Shown piece after piece: positions 51,701-61,597 of a stretch of DNA of 64,000 nucleotides. Position 1 is the stretch's first letter; each line of letters starts with the position of its first letter. The position numbers and the translations under genes are program-made. Under the pieces are notes generated by a model. It was not told the DNA's origin and did not search any database. It saw nothing but the letters and a program-made list of their open reading frames with translations. The DNA lies in contig JBHPIO010000004.1 in assembly GCA_042568575.1 (NCBI GenBank), positions 1 through 64,000 of the forward strand. Reading direction: 5' to 3'. The stretch comes from Patescibacteria group bacterium. Lineage in GTDB: Bacteria > Patescibacteriota > Gracilibacteria > UBA1369 > PNNO01.

Positions 51701-51966
51701 TCAAGATCGTAAGAATGAAGGTCGGTGTCACTCCACGCAGCAAGAGTATTAATTAAATTCTCCTGTTGCCCAGGATCGTTTACAACCCATAAAATTTTCT
51801 TATATTCTTTAAATTTACTTAAAAGCTCAAATATAATGAGTGCTTTTGACGAGGCGGTTCCTGCCCCAGACAGAGAGATCTTTTTGTGTTTATGAAAAAG
51901 ATCCAAAACTCTAATATTCTGGTCATTAGGAAAAAGGTCGCAGAATTTTCTTTCTTTCACAGCCAA
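48727..51966 (-). CDS. mfd: transcription-repair coupling factor
   Basis: CarD/RID domain, GDVGFGKTEVAMRAAF, DEEQRFG, TATPIPRTL, QLRGRVGR, TRCF C-terminal domain. Confidence 0.96.
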   Translation of the reverse strand: MAVKERKFCDLFPNDQNIRVLDLFHKHKKISLSGAGTASSKALIIFELLSKFKEYKKILWVVNDPGQQENLINTLAAWSDTDLHSYDLDDLSERGHLMETLRTISNLSDKKKKIVVTAYQTLLENVPSKREVDRQKIELEVGQEISNIELIEDFVAKDYEVAPGDFLEQGMYYQKGEILTIFPANSDYPLRIEVAFDKIESMDFFEQENGKKSIKKVKKAEIYPLVFEQDTGILFDYLEKDTLLIEDEIDVIDEYFEAWNMIVDEAYQKTGSITFTTFNEDVDNHEHLHYLTVLQYRGVYDFMSDLREKQRNNWNVVFFTKKMKELKNMLAEYNVKHSEDLKELKNANKSDHFLFVVDVDKEGVFPRAFQNPELKLVVLTDKDISSLRDEGKKTFNQKVYLDFLTGLKPNDYVVHADHGIARFMGLDKKTIDEITREYLKLGYAENDKLFVPIDQAEKVNKYIGADEQPPKLTRLGSAEWSTLTSRVKKETEIIAKELLMLYAKRKNAKGMTFNEDNDLQSRFEDTFPYEETPGQLKAINDVKEDMEKGTPMDRLVCGDVGFGKTEVAMRAAFKAVQSKKQVALVSPITILTDQHFRSFTKRMDEFNVRIEMLSRFKTQKQQKEILGRLAKGEVDIVIGTHRLLQPDVDFKNLGLVIVDEEQRFGVKQKERLKELKSEVDILTLTATPIPRTLNICLNKLRDITTITTAPPGRLPVITEVRRFSNGLVRDAILKEVERGGQVYFLHNRVQTIEGMADKLRKLVPEATFGVAHGKLGSGDLEETIVSFKEHRFDVLVSSTIIENGIDLSNANTLIVNNAERFGLAQLYQLRGRVGRGKAQAYAYFLYQGQRLKLDAKKRLRAIVEASDLGSGFQIAMKDLEIRGAGDILGANQHGVINVVGVSHFIRMLNKAVEDLKAGRAAAGKDDEEIREVSIELPVTAFIPDGYIVNAKDKINAYQKLSSADNKNYLQDLYEEMVQEYGKMPREVNSLFRVLELKIEAKKAGLLNIKAENLHMAQGKQIVLTMSKTVRPENIMKLLEHNAKWLISGTKLKIDIEDLGLHWFDALKESVKKLQQKIRK

Positions 51967-52005
51967 AACTTTATGTTTGATTAATCGGCGCTGCCGTAAA
52001 TACTA

Positions 52006-53112
52006 TTAAACTTTCAGTGGCATGATAATATACACATAGCCCTCCTCCTTGCAAGGTTTAATTACTGCCGGCGACAAATCGTCGTTTAACTCAACACAAA
52101 CCTTGTCGGTATCTAGATACGAAAGTACATCCAGAAGATATTGTGAATTTAGGGCTATTTTGTTGTTATCTCCATTTATTGTGATTGGGAGTTGTGCTTT
52201 TTCTTCACCAACCTTTGTCTCGTCGGTTGATAGGTTTAAAACACCGTCGTTCGTTGCAGAGAGCTTAATGTTGTTGTTGTTTTCCCTGGCAAACAACGAA
52301 ACTCTCTTTACTGTTTGCATTAAATCTTCCTCTAAAACTTCAATTTTTGTTTTGTTGGTTTTTGGGAAGATTTTTTCGTATGCAGGAAATTTTCCTTCTA
52401 TAAGCCTTGATGTAATTTCAACATCTCCAACTTTAAACAAAATTTGGCTAGGCGAAAATTCGATTTCAACCTCCTTGTGGCCATCTTTTCCTAAAACTTT
52501 ACCAAGCTCCTGGATTGTTTTTGCCGGAACGATTGATTGTACTGGGCTTTCAGATCTCGTCTCCAGATTAACTTTCTGCTCTGCAAGCCTATAACTATCT
52601 GTTGCAACAACTTTTAAAACATCTTTATCAACAAAAAGTGCAACTCCAGATAAAACTGGCTTTGCTGTATTTTGAGATGCCGCAAATACGGTCCTTAGAA
52701 TAGCTTGGCTTAAAGCTTCTGTTGCAACTTTAACTGTTTGTGGGCTTTCAATCTTTGGAATAAGTGGGAATTCATCTGCATTAATACCTTTAATTTTAGT
52801 TTCAGACTCTTTTGATTTAATGCTTAGAGAGAGTCCTTCTGTAAGCTGCATTTCAATCTTCTCGTTTTTCAACAAAGAAACATAGTTTGTAATAAGCCGT
52901 GCCGGTATTGTTATTGATCCTTCGTTCCTAACATCTGCATCTATAAAAAGGCTAATCGCCAACTCTAGGTTTGTCGCTGATAAAAACAGCTTTTTTCCTT
53001 CCGCTTTAAGTAAGATGTTATTTAAAACGGGAAGTGTGTTGTTTGGACTTATAGCCTTGTTAACTGTATTTAAGGCGTTTGCTAAATCCTTCTGATCGCA
53101 AAAAAGTTTCAT
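52006..53112 (-). CDS. dnaN: DNA polymerase III beta clamp
   Basis: LPVLNN, ATNLE, VATDSYRLA, RLIEGKFP.Y, IIMPLKV. Confidence 0.96.
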   Translation of the reverse strand: MKLFCDQKDLANALNTVNKAISPNNTLPVLNNILLKAEGKKLFLSATNLELAISLFIDADVRNEGSITIPARLITNYVSLLKNEKIEMQLTEGLSLSIKSKESETKIKGINADEFPLIPKIESPQTVKVATEALSQAILRTVFAASQNTAKPVLSGVALFVDKDVLKVVATDSYRLAEQKVNLETRSESPVQSIVPAKTIQELGKVLGKDGHKEVEIEFSPSQILFKVGDVEITSRLIEGKFPAYEKIFPKTNKTKIEVLEEDLMQTVKRVSLFARENNNNIKLSATNDGVLNLSTDETKVGEEKAQLPITINGDNNKIALNSQYLLDVLSYLDTDKVCVELNDDLSPAVIKPCKEEGYVYIIMPLKV

Positions 53113-53531
53113 AAGACGTTTAAATTAATATCCCTATGTCGAAAATATTATACTAAAAAGAATTTTTATCACAATAGATAGACTTAAAAAGTTTTTGACA
53201 CTAAAGCTCAACTCTTCTCTAAACAATAGATTAATTATATACATAATTTAGTAGTTGACGCAGTTGCAAGTTTTCTAAAACTACGCAAAACAACAAAACT
53301 AATTATAATTAAGAAGATTAACCCTTTGATAACAAAAGCTGTCATCCGCGAACACAAAAAGCAATCAATAGGGTTAAAATTAAAAACCGCACCAGAAAAA
53401 GACAAACCAACTAAAACGACCCTTTTGAACGATTGTTCAAAACTAACCAACAAACTATAAACAACTACCAATATATGAACGAAAAATGTATATTGGTTTG
53501 GCAATATTAACATCATATAAACACCGACAAA
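53113..53531. other. candidate replication origin region
   Basis: AT-rich 419-bp gap upstream of dnaN with repeated WTWTNAACA-like boxes and a trio-like/AT-rich tract. Confidence 0.45.
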
Positions 53532-54002
53532 ATGAATAAAAAAGTAAGGAAAATTTTATATATAGTTACATTCTTTTTTCTTGTAAACATAGGGTTTTCT
53601 GTTTACTTGGCATACGAATTTTACTATCCAGACGAAAGCTCGGTTTGCTCCATAAACGCCATATTTGACTGTATAAGCGTTGCAAAATCAGGATATGCGG
53701 TTCTTTTTGGCATACCAATTGCAATACTGGGCGTGCTGTTTTATGTTGGCCTTTTTGCGCTAACCGTAGCGCTGCTTGCGGGCTTTCCTTTTAACAAAAT
53801 ACACAAAAAATTCACAAAATCACTTGTGTACATGGCGCTTCGGTTTCTAGTATACTTCGGCGTTTTATTCTCACTTGCGCTAACCTACATTGAAGCCTTT
53901 GTTATTCATGTTTATTGCCCATTCTGTGTTGCGCAACAAATCATAATAATCATTGTTGCCGGCCTACTTATTTCGGCAAAGAAGGCTATGCAAAGAGGTT
54001 AA
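53532..54002 (+). CDS. vitamin K epoxide reductase (VKOR) family protein
   Basis: C.INAIFDC.SV..S.YA..FGIP...LG, YCPFC. Confidence 0.9.
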   Translation: MNKKVRKILYIVTFFFLVNIGFSVYLAYEFYYPDESSVCSINAIFDCISVAKSGYAVLFGIPIAILGVLFYVGLFALTVALLAGFPFNKIHKKFTKSLVYMALRFLVYFGVLFSLALTYIEAFVIHVYCPFCVAQQIIIIIVAGLLISAKKAMQRG

Positions 54003-54096
54003 ATCGTGGTACAATATACAAACAGAACGCGACTGTTTATAAAATGTTTATAAATCACGTTTTGAACAATGTATGTTAATAACGCTACGAAACGGC

Positions 54097-55032
54097 ATGA
54101 ACAACGACAAAAACAAAAAAAACAACAAGGTTTCAATTGGACTTGCTCTTGGCTCTGGTGGCGCGAAAGGACTTGCCCATTTTGGTGTTTTAAAGGTTCT
54201 TGAAAAAAATGGAATAAAACCAGACATGATAACGGGATCAAGTATGGGGGCTGTTATTGGTGCGGCATATGCACTGGGAATGCCATTAAAAGAATTAGAA
54301 GAAAAAGCATACAAGTTTTTTTCATCTAGCCATATCTTTAAAGTAAGAAACTTTCACTTTTTTCACGAAAGCTTAATTCGCGCTGACGATATCCGAAAAG
54401 GATTTTATGAGTTTGTGGGAGACCACACCTTCAAAGACTGCAAAATTCCATTTATGGCGCTTGGATTAGACTTGGAGTCGGGGGAAGAGGTTCGTATAAC
54501 TTCGGGAAAACTTATAGATGCAATTGAGGCTGCATCTGCAATTCCTGGAATTTTCCCTCCCGTATTTTTTAACGGGAGATACCTCGTAGATGGCGGGCTG
54601 GTTAATCCAACGCCCGTAGACTATCTACGCGAAAAGAATGTGGACATCATTATTGGGATTCATATGACAAATATAACATCAAAGCAATTTATTTCTGCAA
54701 TGGTATGGGACAAATTTTATAAGAAGCCGGGTAAACTAAAAAAGCAAAAGCACGGAATGTTGGAACAGGCAAAGCTAAACATGACCCTTATGGTTCACAT
54801 ATTACTCCGAACAATTGAAATTGCACGAAAGCTTAATGCGAAAATTGCATTTTTAACTGCGCATCCAGACGTCGTTGTGCAACCGTACACGATGGACATC
54901 GGGATGCTTGAATTCGAGAGAATAGGAGAGGCTATTAGGTATGGAGAAGAGGCAATGGAAAGAGAAATGCCCAAGCTTCTCAAAATGATTGAAGAGAGAA
55001 AGAAAGACAAACAAGAAAGAGCCTCCGAGTAG
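54097..55032 (+). CDS. patatin-like phospholipase
   Basis: LGSGGAKG, GSSMG, VDGG. Confidence 0.92.
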   Translation: MNNDKNKKNNKVSIGLALGSGGAKGLAHFGVLKVLEKNGIKPDMITGSSMGAVIGAAYALGMPLKELEEKAYKFFSSSHIFKVRNFHFFHESLIRADDIRKGFYEFVGDHTFKDCKIPFMALGLDLESGEEVRITSGKLIDAIEAASAIPGIFPPVFFNGRYLVDGGLVNPTPVDYLREKNVDIIIGIHMTNITSKQFISAMVWDKFYKKPGKLKKQKHGMLEQAKLNMTLMVHILLRTIEIARKLNAKIAFLTAHPDVVVQPYTMDIGMLEFERIGEAIRYGEEAMEREMPKLLKMIEERKKDKQERASE

Positions 55033-55089
55033 TTGAAAACTGTTTGATTTTATGGTACTTTCATAACAAGTCTTATTAAACAAACAACC

Positions 55090-55695
55090 ATGAAAAAACT
55101 CGCAAGCGTTTTTGTTCTGTTAAGCCTTTTCGCCTTGAGCGGATGCGGCGATAGCTATCCCCAAGAACTGAGCGTGTACTCTTTTGACACGGCAATAATA
55201 CAATACGAAATCGGGGGAATTTCACAAGGAGACGAAACAGTATATATGCGTGGAGACCAAAAGTCCTCACATCGTTTTGTGACAACAGGAGCACAGGAAG
55301 AAAACACTCTTCAGTTGGATCTTGGAAACGACAGATACGTTGCGGATCTAAATAAAATGACTGCAACCAAAGTAAAAAATAACGATTACGAAAAGCTTAT
55401 TTCTATGAGTAAAGAGGAGCAAGAAAAATATCTTGTACGAAAAGCGCTTGGACTTAAAGATAGCGTTGAGGTTCCCGAACCACTCACAACTGCAATGGTT
55501 GCGGGGCAAAAATGTAAGCTATACGAAATTGAGAATATCGGAGTTGCATGTATTTGGGAGGGAGTAGTTTTGAAGAAAGAGATAAGTATACTGGGGAATA
55601 GTAGTACGAAGACAGCAGTTTCAGCAGAAGTAAATGTTGATATAGCGAAAGAGCGATTCGAGCTTCCTGCAGGGGTTATTCTTACTAACGAGTAA
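55090..55695 (+). CDS. lipoprotein of unknown function
   Basis: Signal peptide with LSGC lipobox; VAGQKC, FELPAG. Confidence 0.8.
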   Translation: MKKLASVFVLLSLFALSGCGDSYPQELSVYSFDTAIIQYEIGGISQGDETVYMRGDQKSSHRFVTTGAQEENTLQLDLGNDRYVADLNKMTATKVKNNDYEKLISMSKEEQEKYLVRKALGLKDSVEVPEPLTTAMVAGQKCKLYEIENIGVACIWEGVVLKKEISILGNSSTKTAVSAEVNVDIAKERFELPAGVILTNE

Positions 55696-55722
55696 TCGCC
55701 CAAATCACTAAAAAGTATAAGT

Positions 55723-55755
55723 AAAAAGGCCTTCCTTTATAGGGAAGGTCTTTTT
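55723..55755. terminator. bidirectional intrinsic terminator
   Basis: AAAAAGGCCTTCC/GGAAGGTCTTTTT. Confidence 0.75.
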
Positions 55756-55759
55756 AGAC

Positions 55760-55848
55760 TCCAAATTGCCGTTCCACAGTTTCATGCAGAAACCTGATCA
55801 CTCAGGTGGGTGCCCGCATTTATCAACCACGGTCGACAAAAATTAGGA
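55760..55848 (-). ncRNA. putative rod-shaped small RNA
   Basis: Nested helices with several G.U pairs on the minus strand and a GUGA tetraloop; terminator immediately downstream. Confidence 0.4.
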
Positions 55849-56193
55849 TACCCTTAGCATAAAGATGGGTTTACATGTAATTGCTTACACGAACAATTCA
55901 GAGATGTAACAAGGTTATCAAAATTCGTTTTAAATTTCAAATTCCAATAATGCGAAAACACAAAATATTGTGTGCGGCATCACGAAAACCACAACCGGTT
56001 GCGACAAATTCACTCGACAAAATAAGTGAAAAGATTTTTGGTTGCGTCGATCTGACAAAAAAGAAAGTAATTCAACATCGCTATCAAATTTGCTGCCTTT
56101 TTGCTGTATATTTTGATAGCGAATAAAAAGTCCCCCTCCAAACCTTCCTTCAAGGGGAGGCTTAAAGAAATGCTCACTTGCGCTCGTGTCTGC

Positions 56194-56283
56194 TGGCGGA
56201 GAGGAGGGGATTCGAACCCCTGGTACGATTTCTCGCACACTCGCGTTCCAGGCGAGCCCGTTCGACCACTCTGGCACCTCTCC
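56194..56283 (-). tRNA. tRNA-Ser(GGA)
   Basis: GGAGAGG/CCTCTCC acceptor, CTCGC-CT GGA AC-GCGAG anticodon arm, long variable arm, CCA. Confidence 0.95.
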
Positions 56284-56332
56284 CCGAAGTATTTGTATGG
56301 TATACTCATAGTCGCAAGTAACACAACATATA

Positions 56333-56965
56333 ATGACTTCATTTGGTGACTTAATATATTTTCTCGTAGCGCTGATAGTAGCGATTTCTGTACATGAGGC
56401 GGCACATGCTTTTGTCGCATATAAACTCGGTGATCCAACGGCAAAGCATCAAGGAAGGCTTACTTTAAACCCTTTAAAGCACCTAGATCCACTTGGAACT
56501 TTGATGATTTTCATTGCAAGATTTGGCTGGGGAAAACCAGTTCCTGTAAATCCATACAACTTCAAAAATCCGGTTCGCGACTCGGCAATAGTTTCTTTGG
56601 CAGGGCCGATGTCTAACTTTGCAGTGGCGCTAATATGCTCAATCCCCCTTAAATATTTTCCGGAAGTAATACCAGTAGAAGGGCTCAACCTTCTGTGGAT
56701 AACACTCAATTTAAACATCCTACTTGGAGTATTTAACTTACTTCCATTTCCTCCGCTAGACGGTTCAAAAATCTTCGCAGTCTTTGTTCCCAAAAAGCAC
56801 CAGGAAGGATATTTTCGCTTTCTCAAAAGAGCGCAACCATACTTTTTCGCCTTTATCTTAATAGATCTTTTCTTGTTAAGGCGTTACCTTGGTTTTTCGA
56901 TTTTGTGGAAAGTGCTTGGCACGCTCTTCGACGCCGTGAGCGTGTTGATCTTTTTAGGTGGCTAA
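56333..56965 (+). CDS. site-2 protease (M50) family
   Basis: HEAAH, GD.TAK..GRLTLNP..HLD, AGP.SN, FNLLPFPPLDG. Confidence 0.93.
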   Translation: MTSFGDLIYFLVALIVAISVHEAAHAFVAYKLGDPTAKHQGRLTLNPLKHLDPLGTLMIFIARFGWGKPVPVNPYNFKNPVRDSAIVSLAGPMSNFAVALICSIPLKYFPEVIPVEGLNLLWITLNLNILLGVFNLLPFPPLDGSKIFAVFVPKKHQEGYFRFLKRAQPYFFAFILIDLFLLRRYLGFSILWKVLGTLFDAVSVLIFLGG

Positions 56966-56980
56966 AAAGAGTACCGGGCA

Positions 56981-59900
56981 CTACTTTTTCTTCCCTTTCG
57001 CTTTTCGCTTAAGGTAGATTCCAGTAAAGATTAGTCCGATACCAACGATGAAGATTAGAAGCCATACGTATCCTGGGAAGATTAGTTCTTCGCCAAGAGC
57101 GATTCCGTGTAGAACTTGAGCAAGTGGTTCTTTAACTACGAAGTTTACGACAACTAGTTTACTCATCGCTCCGTCGGAAGGACGAACCGCGTAAACTGAA
57201 ACTTTGTGTTCACCTTTACCTAGAGACTTAGGAGCTTGTAGTCGGAACTCACCAGTAGTAAGATCAGATACGATTCCAGAAGCACCAATCACACTTTCCC
57301 AGATTCCAGACACTTCATAGTTTGGACCAGTCTTACCAAGAAGCATTGGCTGGTCGTCTTTAATTATAACCTCAAGTCCTTCAAGAACGATTTCGTCTGT
57401 AATAGTTTCTGTAGAAAGTCTTTCCGGCTTTGGCTCTTGAACGCTTAGTGAAGAATCAAGCGATACAGAGATTAGCGGTGATTCAAGAACCTGTCTATTG
57501 TCAGGGTCAAGCATCTTCGCAAGAACGTAGAATTCACCATCCAGAAGCTCTTCTTCAACCTGTAGAGTGAAGACGTTGTTGTCGTCTACAGCAGTTGTTC
57601 CAATAAGCACTTCGTGACCAAATTCATTTCTTAAGTAGATTTTAATTTCAGCACCAGGTATTGAACCAAATCCTTGGAAGAACGGTTTAAGCTCAGTAAG
57701 GATTGTTCCGTCTTTAATATTAGTGAATCGAACACCTGCATCATTAAGGTTTGTATCTGCATTCGGATCGGTTCTATATACAAGCACTTCTTCTCCATCC
57801 AATAATCCATCACCATCGGTGTCAGGGTTTGTAGGGTCTGTGTTGTGTCTGTATTCAAGTAGGTTTGAAAGACCATCGCCATCGAAGTCATCAGAACCAT
57901 TTTGAGTGCTTATTCCATATTGAAGTTCCCAAGCATCGTCAATTCCATTTCCATTTGCATCTTGTGGGAAATCAGCAGCATCTGTTGGGTCGCTACCAAG
58001 GGCAATTTCAACTCCGTCTGTAAAGCTATCACCATCAGTATCAGATTTTGTAGGATCTGTACCATATGTATTTACCTCATCACCATCGCTAATATTATCG
58101 TAATCAGTATCAGTTAATAAAGGATTAGAATTATAAAGGGTCAGCTCATCACCATCGTTAAGATCATCGTTGTCGGTATCTTCAGATTCTGGATTAGTTA
58201 AGAAGATGAAGCTTTCATCTCTATCTATAATTGTATCGTTATCAGTATCTTCAAATCCTGTGTCGCCAAGGTTTTTGTAATACGCATAGTATTCAGCCAT
58301 AGTATTGTTTAACCACGTAGGGTTACAAACCTCAGCAGGCCTTTGTTTAACAGCCGGATCACAAGCCAGCACACCAATTTCGCATGCTAAATTATAATAC
58401 GGAGGTTCCCACCATTCGTTTAGATCTGCTGCACTCTTAGCTACATTATCAAGATTTTGTTCTCCACCAATTTTTGCCACGTATTCATCGTAATATTCCC
58501 ATTCTTGACCAAGCACAGACCAGTTCAACATTTTAATTACTTCTCTACGACGAGTGTTTTGATTTGGTTTAAATGGACTTCCTGCTTCTTCATAATAACC
58601 TTGCACCATTCTTGAACGAGTCGCGAACAAAATTCCGTCTTCATGATTTTGAGAAACAGCAGCTTCACCTTCTAAAAGAGGGCCGCTTGTTGTTGTAAAC
58701 ACATCGGGATAATAACTGCTTGAGTTTGCATTGTGACTTGAGTGAATCTTAAATGGAAGCATACAGTTGTCCCAATTTTCTAGACAAGCCTTGTCTTTTG
58801 CTGCAAATCTTTCTTCTAATTCAAATTTATCAATTATTGACGCAACAACTTCTTTACGAGTACATCCTGGAATGGGTTCTTCTGGAATTTCTGCTGCTTC
58901 GTGAAGTTCTACAACCTCTTCTTCTTCTTCGTATACACATTCAGGACATGGCTCTGGCTCAGGACATTCAAGTGGTTCCGCCGGAGGTGTAGGCTCTGTT
59001 GGTTCAGATGGTGGAGCTTCCCATAAACATAAAGAACTACATCCATCGCCGTCGGTAGTATTTCCGTCATCACATTGTTCACCAACGCTATATGTTGGGA
59101 TTCCATCTCCACAAACAGGGTCTGGTGGCGGTGGCTCATAAGTTCTAAAGCTACCATTTCGAGTAGTACAATTTGGTCCAGGGTTTGTGTTAGCATCACA
59201 AATAGTTACTCTAACTGAAACATTTTCTCCTTCTGCAAAATTTGCCACAGGATCTGTTTCTACTCTATAAACACCGCTTGATTCATCTACTGTTGTTTGA
59301 GATGAAGTGTTTGTGTACCCAACGCCTTTAATTGTATAAGTTAAACTGTTGATATCAACTCCCGCACGATCGTCTGTTAGAGAGAAAACAACGTTTGTAT
59401 CTACTGGATTTCCTCCTGATCCGTTTGGAGGGAGAATAAAGTTAACTGTTGGAGGAGTTGTATCTGGATTACAGAAACCAACACCATCAACCTCTTTGTT
59501 ATATCTTTCATTAATTGAGAAAGTTTTGTTTGATGTAGAAGTAAGAATGTCTGTAAGAGTAGCTGCATCCACTATTAGATTGTCATTTGGGGCAGTTCCA
59601 AAAGTTAAAGTCATTCCTGTTTCTCCCATTTTTGGCTCAAGATCGATTGTTCCAAATGTTCCAATGCCGGTAAATCCTCCGGTTCCTCCAAAACGCGATC
59701 CGCTAAGCTGGAGCATCGTTCCAATAATATTATTAAAAGTTTCCATTGGAAGCGGAGATCCTACAGACATGCTATTGAAGGTAATTTCGCTACTATTAAA
59801 ATTAATTGTTGTATCCGCAGCAAAAACACCTTTGCCTTCCGTATCCATCATAATTTCAACAGTTCCGTCGCAACCTTCAATTAGACCACTGTTGTCCTTA

Positions 59901-60007
59901 AAGTACAAAGTAGCTGCTAAAGCCTCTGGCATAATCATAGTAAATCCCATGATTAAGAACAGGAGGTGCGCGCTAATACGTTTTGTGAGGGATATATTTG
60001 ATTTCAT
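56981..60007 (-). CDS. membrane-anchored surface scaffold: cohesin-like, Ig-like, Cys-rich (DUF4215-like), SLH-like and Ca-binding DTDxD repeat regions
   Basis: Signal peptide; ATLYF..TVEIMMDT..AAD..INF..GTFGTI cohesin pattern; CGDG..EQCDDGN..DGDGCS; DTDGDG..DG.E repeats; C-terminal TM plus KRKAKGKKK. Confidence 0.8.
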   Translation of the reverse strand: MKSNISLTKRISAHLLFLIMGFTMIMPEALAATLYFKDNSGLIEGCDGTVEIMMDTEGKGVFAADTTINFNSSEITFNSMSVGSPLPMETFNNIIGTMLQLSGSRFGGTGGFTGIGTFGTIDLEPKMGETGMTLTFGTAPNDNLIVDAATLTDILTSTSNKTFSINERYNKEVDGVGFCNPDTTPPTVNFILPPNGSGGNPVDTNVVFSLTDDRAGVDINSLTYTIKGVGYTNTSSQTTVDESSGVYRVETDPVANFAEGENVSVRVTICDANTNPGPNCTTRNGSFRTYEPPPPDPVCGDGIPTYSVGEQCDDGNTTDGDGCSSLCLWEAPPSEPTEPTPPAEPLECPEPEPCPECVYEEEEEVVELHEAAEIPEEPIPGCTRKEVVASIIDKFELEERFAAKDKACLENWDNCMLPFKIHSSHNANSSSYYPDVFTTTSGPLLEGEAAVSQNHEDGILFATRSRMVQGYYEEAGSPFKPNQNTRRREVIKMLNWSVLGQEWEYYDEYVAKIGGEQNLDNVAKSAADLNEWWEPPYYNLACEIGVLACDPAVKQRPAEVCNPTWLNNTMAEYYAYYKNLGDTGFEDTDNDTIIDRDESFIFLTNPESEDTDNDDLNDGDELTLYNSNPLLTDTDYDNISDGDEVNTYGTDPTKSDTDGDSFTDGVEIALGSDPTDAADFPQDANGNGIDDAWELQYGISTQNGSDDFDGDGLSNLLEYRHNTDPTNPDTDGDGLLDGEEVLVYRTDPNADTNLNDAGVRFTNIKDGTILTELKPFFQGFGSIPGAEIKIYLRNEFGHEVLIGTTAVDDNNVFTLQVEEELLDGEFYVLAKMLDPDNRQVLESPLISVSLDSSLSVQEPKPERLSTETITDEIVLEGLEVIIKDDQPMLLGKTGPNYEVSGIWESVIGASGIVSDLTTGEFRLQAPKSLGKGEHKVSVYAVRPSDGAMSKLVVVNFVVKEPLAQVLHGIALGEELIFPGYVWLLIFIVGIGLIFTGIYLKRKAKGKKK

Positions 60008-60052
60008 TTTTATTTTAATTTGTCTAAATATTATATCATAAAACGACGGCTT

Positions 60053-61597
60053 TTAAAAGGCCTGAGAGGCAAAATATTCACCTTCTTCTCGGTAGTTCCA
60101 AAGTAGCACTGCAATATCGAGAGCATTTACGATTTCTTCTTTTGTTAAATCGCTAACATTTGTACCTTCTTCTCGGTATGAATTAAGCATTCTTGCTATG
60201 TCCAAGGCGTTTACGTAGTTGTCATCATATATATCACCTGCTGTTAATTCGAAGACGTCAGCAAATGTGAAGTCGAGTTCTACACGCTCTGTTGTTTCAA
60301 GAATTATCACATCCCTAACGATTTTTGTATTATGAGCCTCACCATTTAGGGCGATATCGTAAGTTCCCGTCATCAATTCTCTTTGGTGCTCCTTAAGACC
60401 ATATGAATCTAACGTGATAAGGTCTGTTTCTAGAGTTCCGGCACCATGTTTAAAAAAAGTTAACTGAGAATTAAGTCCTAAATTTGGTGTAGAATCGATA
60501 ATTGTACGATATTCAGGTTTTCCTTTAATATCGAAAATAACCTCTACAAGAAGTTCTTCTTCACATAAAGAGCTACAACCATCGCCGTCAATTAAGTTTC
60601 CGTCGTCACATGCTTCGCCAGCATCAAGGATTCCGTCTCCACATTCAGGAAGCTCTTCTTCACAAGCAGCACTACATCCGTCGCCGTTTATGGTGTTTCC
60701 GTCATCACATTCCTCTCCAGGCTCTCTCAAGTTATTTCCGCATACTGGATCTGTGCCACCGCCACCTCCAGCTGGGGGAGGGTCAGGGTCGCCGCCACCT
60801 CCGGTATCTTCAAACTGAGTTGAGAACACAACGTCTGAATACGGACTTAATCCTTCGTTATTTAATGGATCCGGATCGTTATCCTGACTTTGAACGTCAT
60901 AAAAATATGTTTCGCCTATAGTTAGGCTATTAAAAGTATGTGAATAAGTTTGTGCAGGATTGCTGCAGTCATTCCATCCGCTTTCTGCAACTGTTGCTGC
61001 TGCTGGATCTAATGCAAGGTTTTCAAGGCTTGCTCGCACGTTACAAGTTAGGTTTATTGCATCTACTCCGTCTACTACCCCGTTGTTGTCAAAGAAGATC
61101 GTATTACTAGTTCCTTCGGTGACACCAGGTTCTGCTTGAATGTTTGGTGCGGGAAGGTTTGAGGAAGGGGTGCAGGTGGTAACTACTCCTGAGCTCTGCA
61201 AAACTCCTGCTTCTGAAGTGAGGGTGAAAATATAGGTCCAACCAATAACAAGATCGGTTATATTTGTATTAGGAGGATAAAATGAAATATCATCAGGCGT
61301 AGTGGATCCTGGAAAAGGATTAAGATCTCTTAGCGTCAAACTTACACCAGGCCCTTGAGGACCGTCGATAACTAGCGCTTGATTATCTATATTTGGGGTA
61401 ACACTAGTTGTCCAGTTTAAACCACATTCCCCCGACCCTCCTCCTATATCTGTAGCGACGAAACCCGTCGCATCTGCAGGGAGTACGGTTACTGAAACTG
61501 GAACATCGCCAACGTCTGCTTTAACTTGCAAAGCAGGCCCCAAAACGAAGGACAAAACTATTATAATGGCAATTTCGCACAAAACCCGTTTAAACAT
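60053..61597 (-). CDS. secreted protein with FN3-like and Cys-rich repeats and a C-terminal dockerin-like domain
   Basis: Signal peptide, GDVPVSVTV, two CDDGN..DGDGCS repeats, duplicated D..D..VNALDIA motif. Confidence 0.8.
   Translation of the reverse strand: MFKRVLCEIAIIIVLSFVLGPALQVKADVGDVPVSVTVLPADATGFVATDIGGGSGECGLNWTTSVTPNIDNQALVIDGPQGPGVSLTLRDLNPFPGSTTPDDISFYPPNTNITDLVIGWTYIFTLTSEAGVLQSSGVVTTCTPSSNLPAPNIQAEPGVTEGTSNTIFFDNNGVVDGVDAINLTCNVRASLENLALDPAAATVAESGWNDCSNPAQTYSHTFNSLTIGETYFYDVQSQDNDPDPLNNEGLSPYSDVVFSTQFEDTGGGGDPDPPPAGGGGGTDPVCGNNLREPGEECDDGNTINGDGCSAACEEELPECGDGILDAGEACDDGNLIDGDGCSSLCEEELLVEVIFDIKGKPEYRTIIDSTPNLGLNSQLTFFKHGAGTLETDLITLDSYGLKEHQRELMTGTYDIALNGEAHNTKIVRDVIILETTERVELDFTFADVFELTAGDIYDDNYVNALDIARMLNSYREEGTNVSDLTKEEIVNALDIAVLLWNYREEGEYFASQAF

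Noticed and set aside
53235-53516. 93-aa hydrophobic minus-strand ORF upstream of dnaN
   Set aside because: Hydrophobicity follows from the T-rich strand of the origin-like region; no family motif, although it is not strictly excluded.
55881-56444. Several ORFs around tRNA-Ser(GGA)
   Set aside because: They overlap the tRNA or its trailer and show no protein motifs.
57760-58260. Repetitive DNA in the scaffold gene
   Set aside because: Explained by protein-level Ca-binding DTDxD repeats.
59349-60041. 230-aa plus-strand ORF and similar shadow ORFs (e.g. 13579-14193, 52049-52594, 40922-41377)
   Set aside because: Antisense or alternative-frame shadows of well-supported genes.
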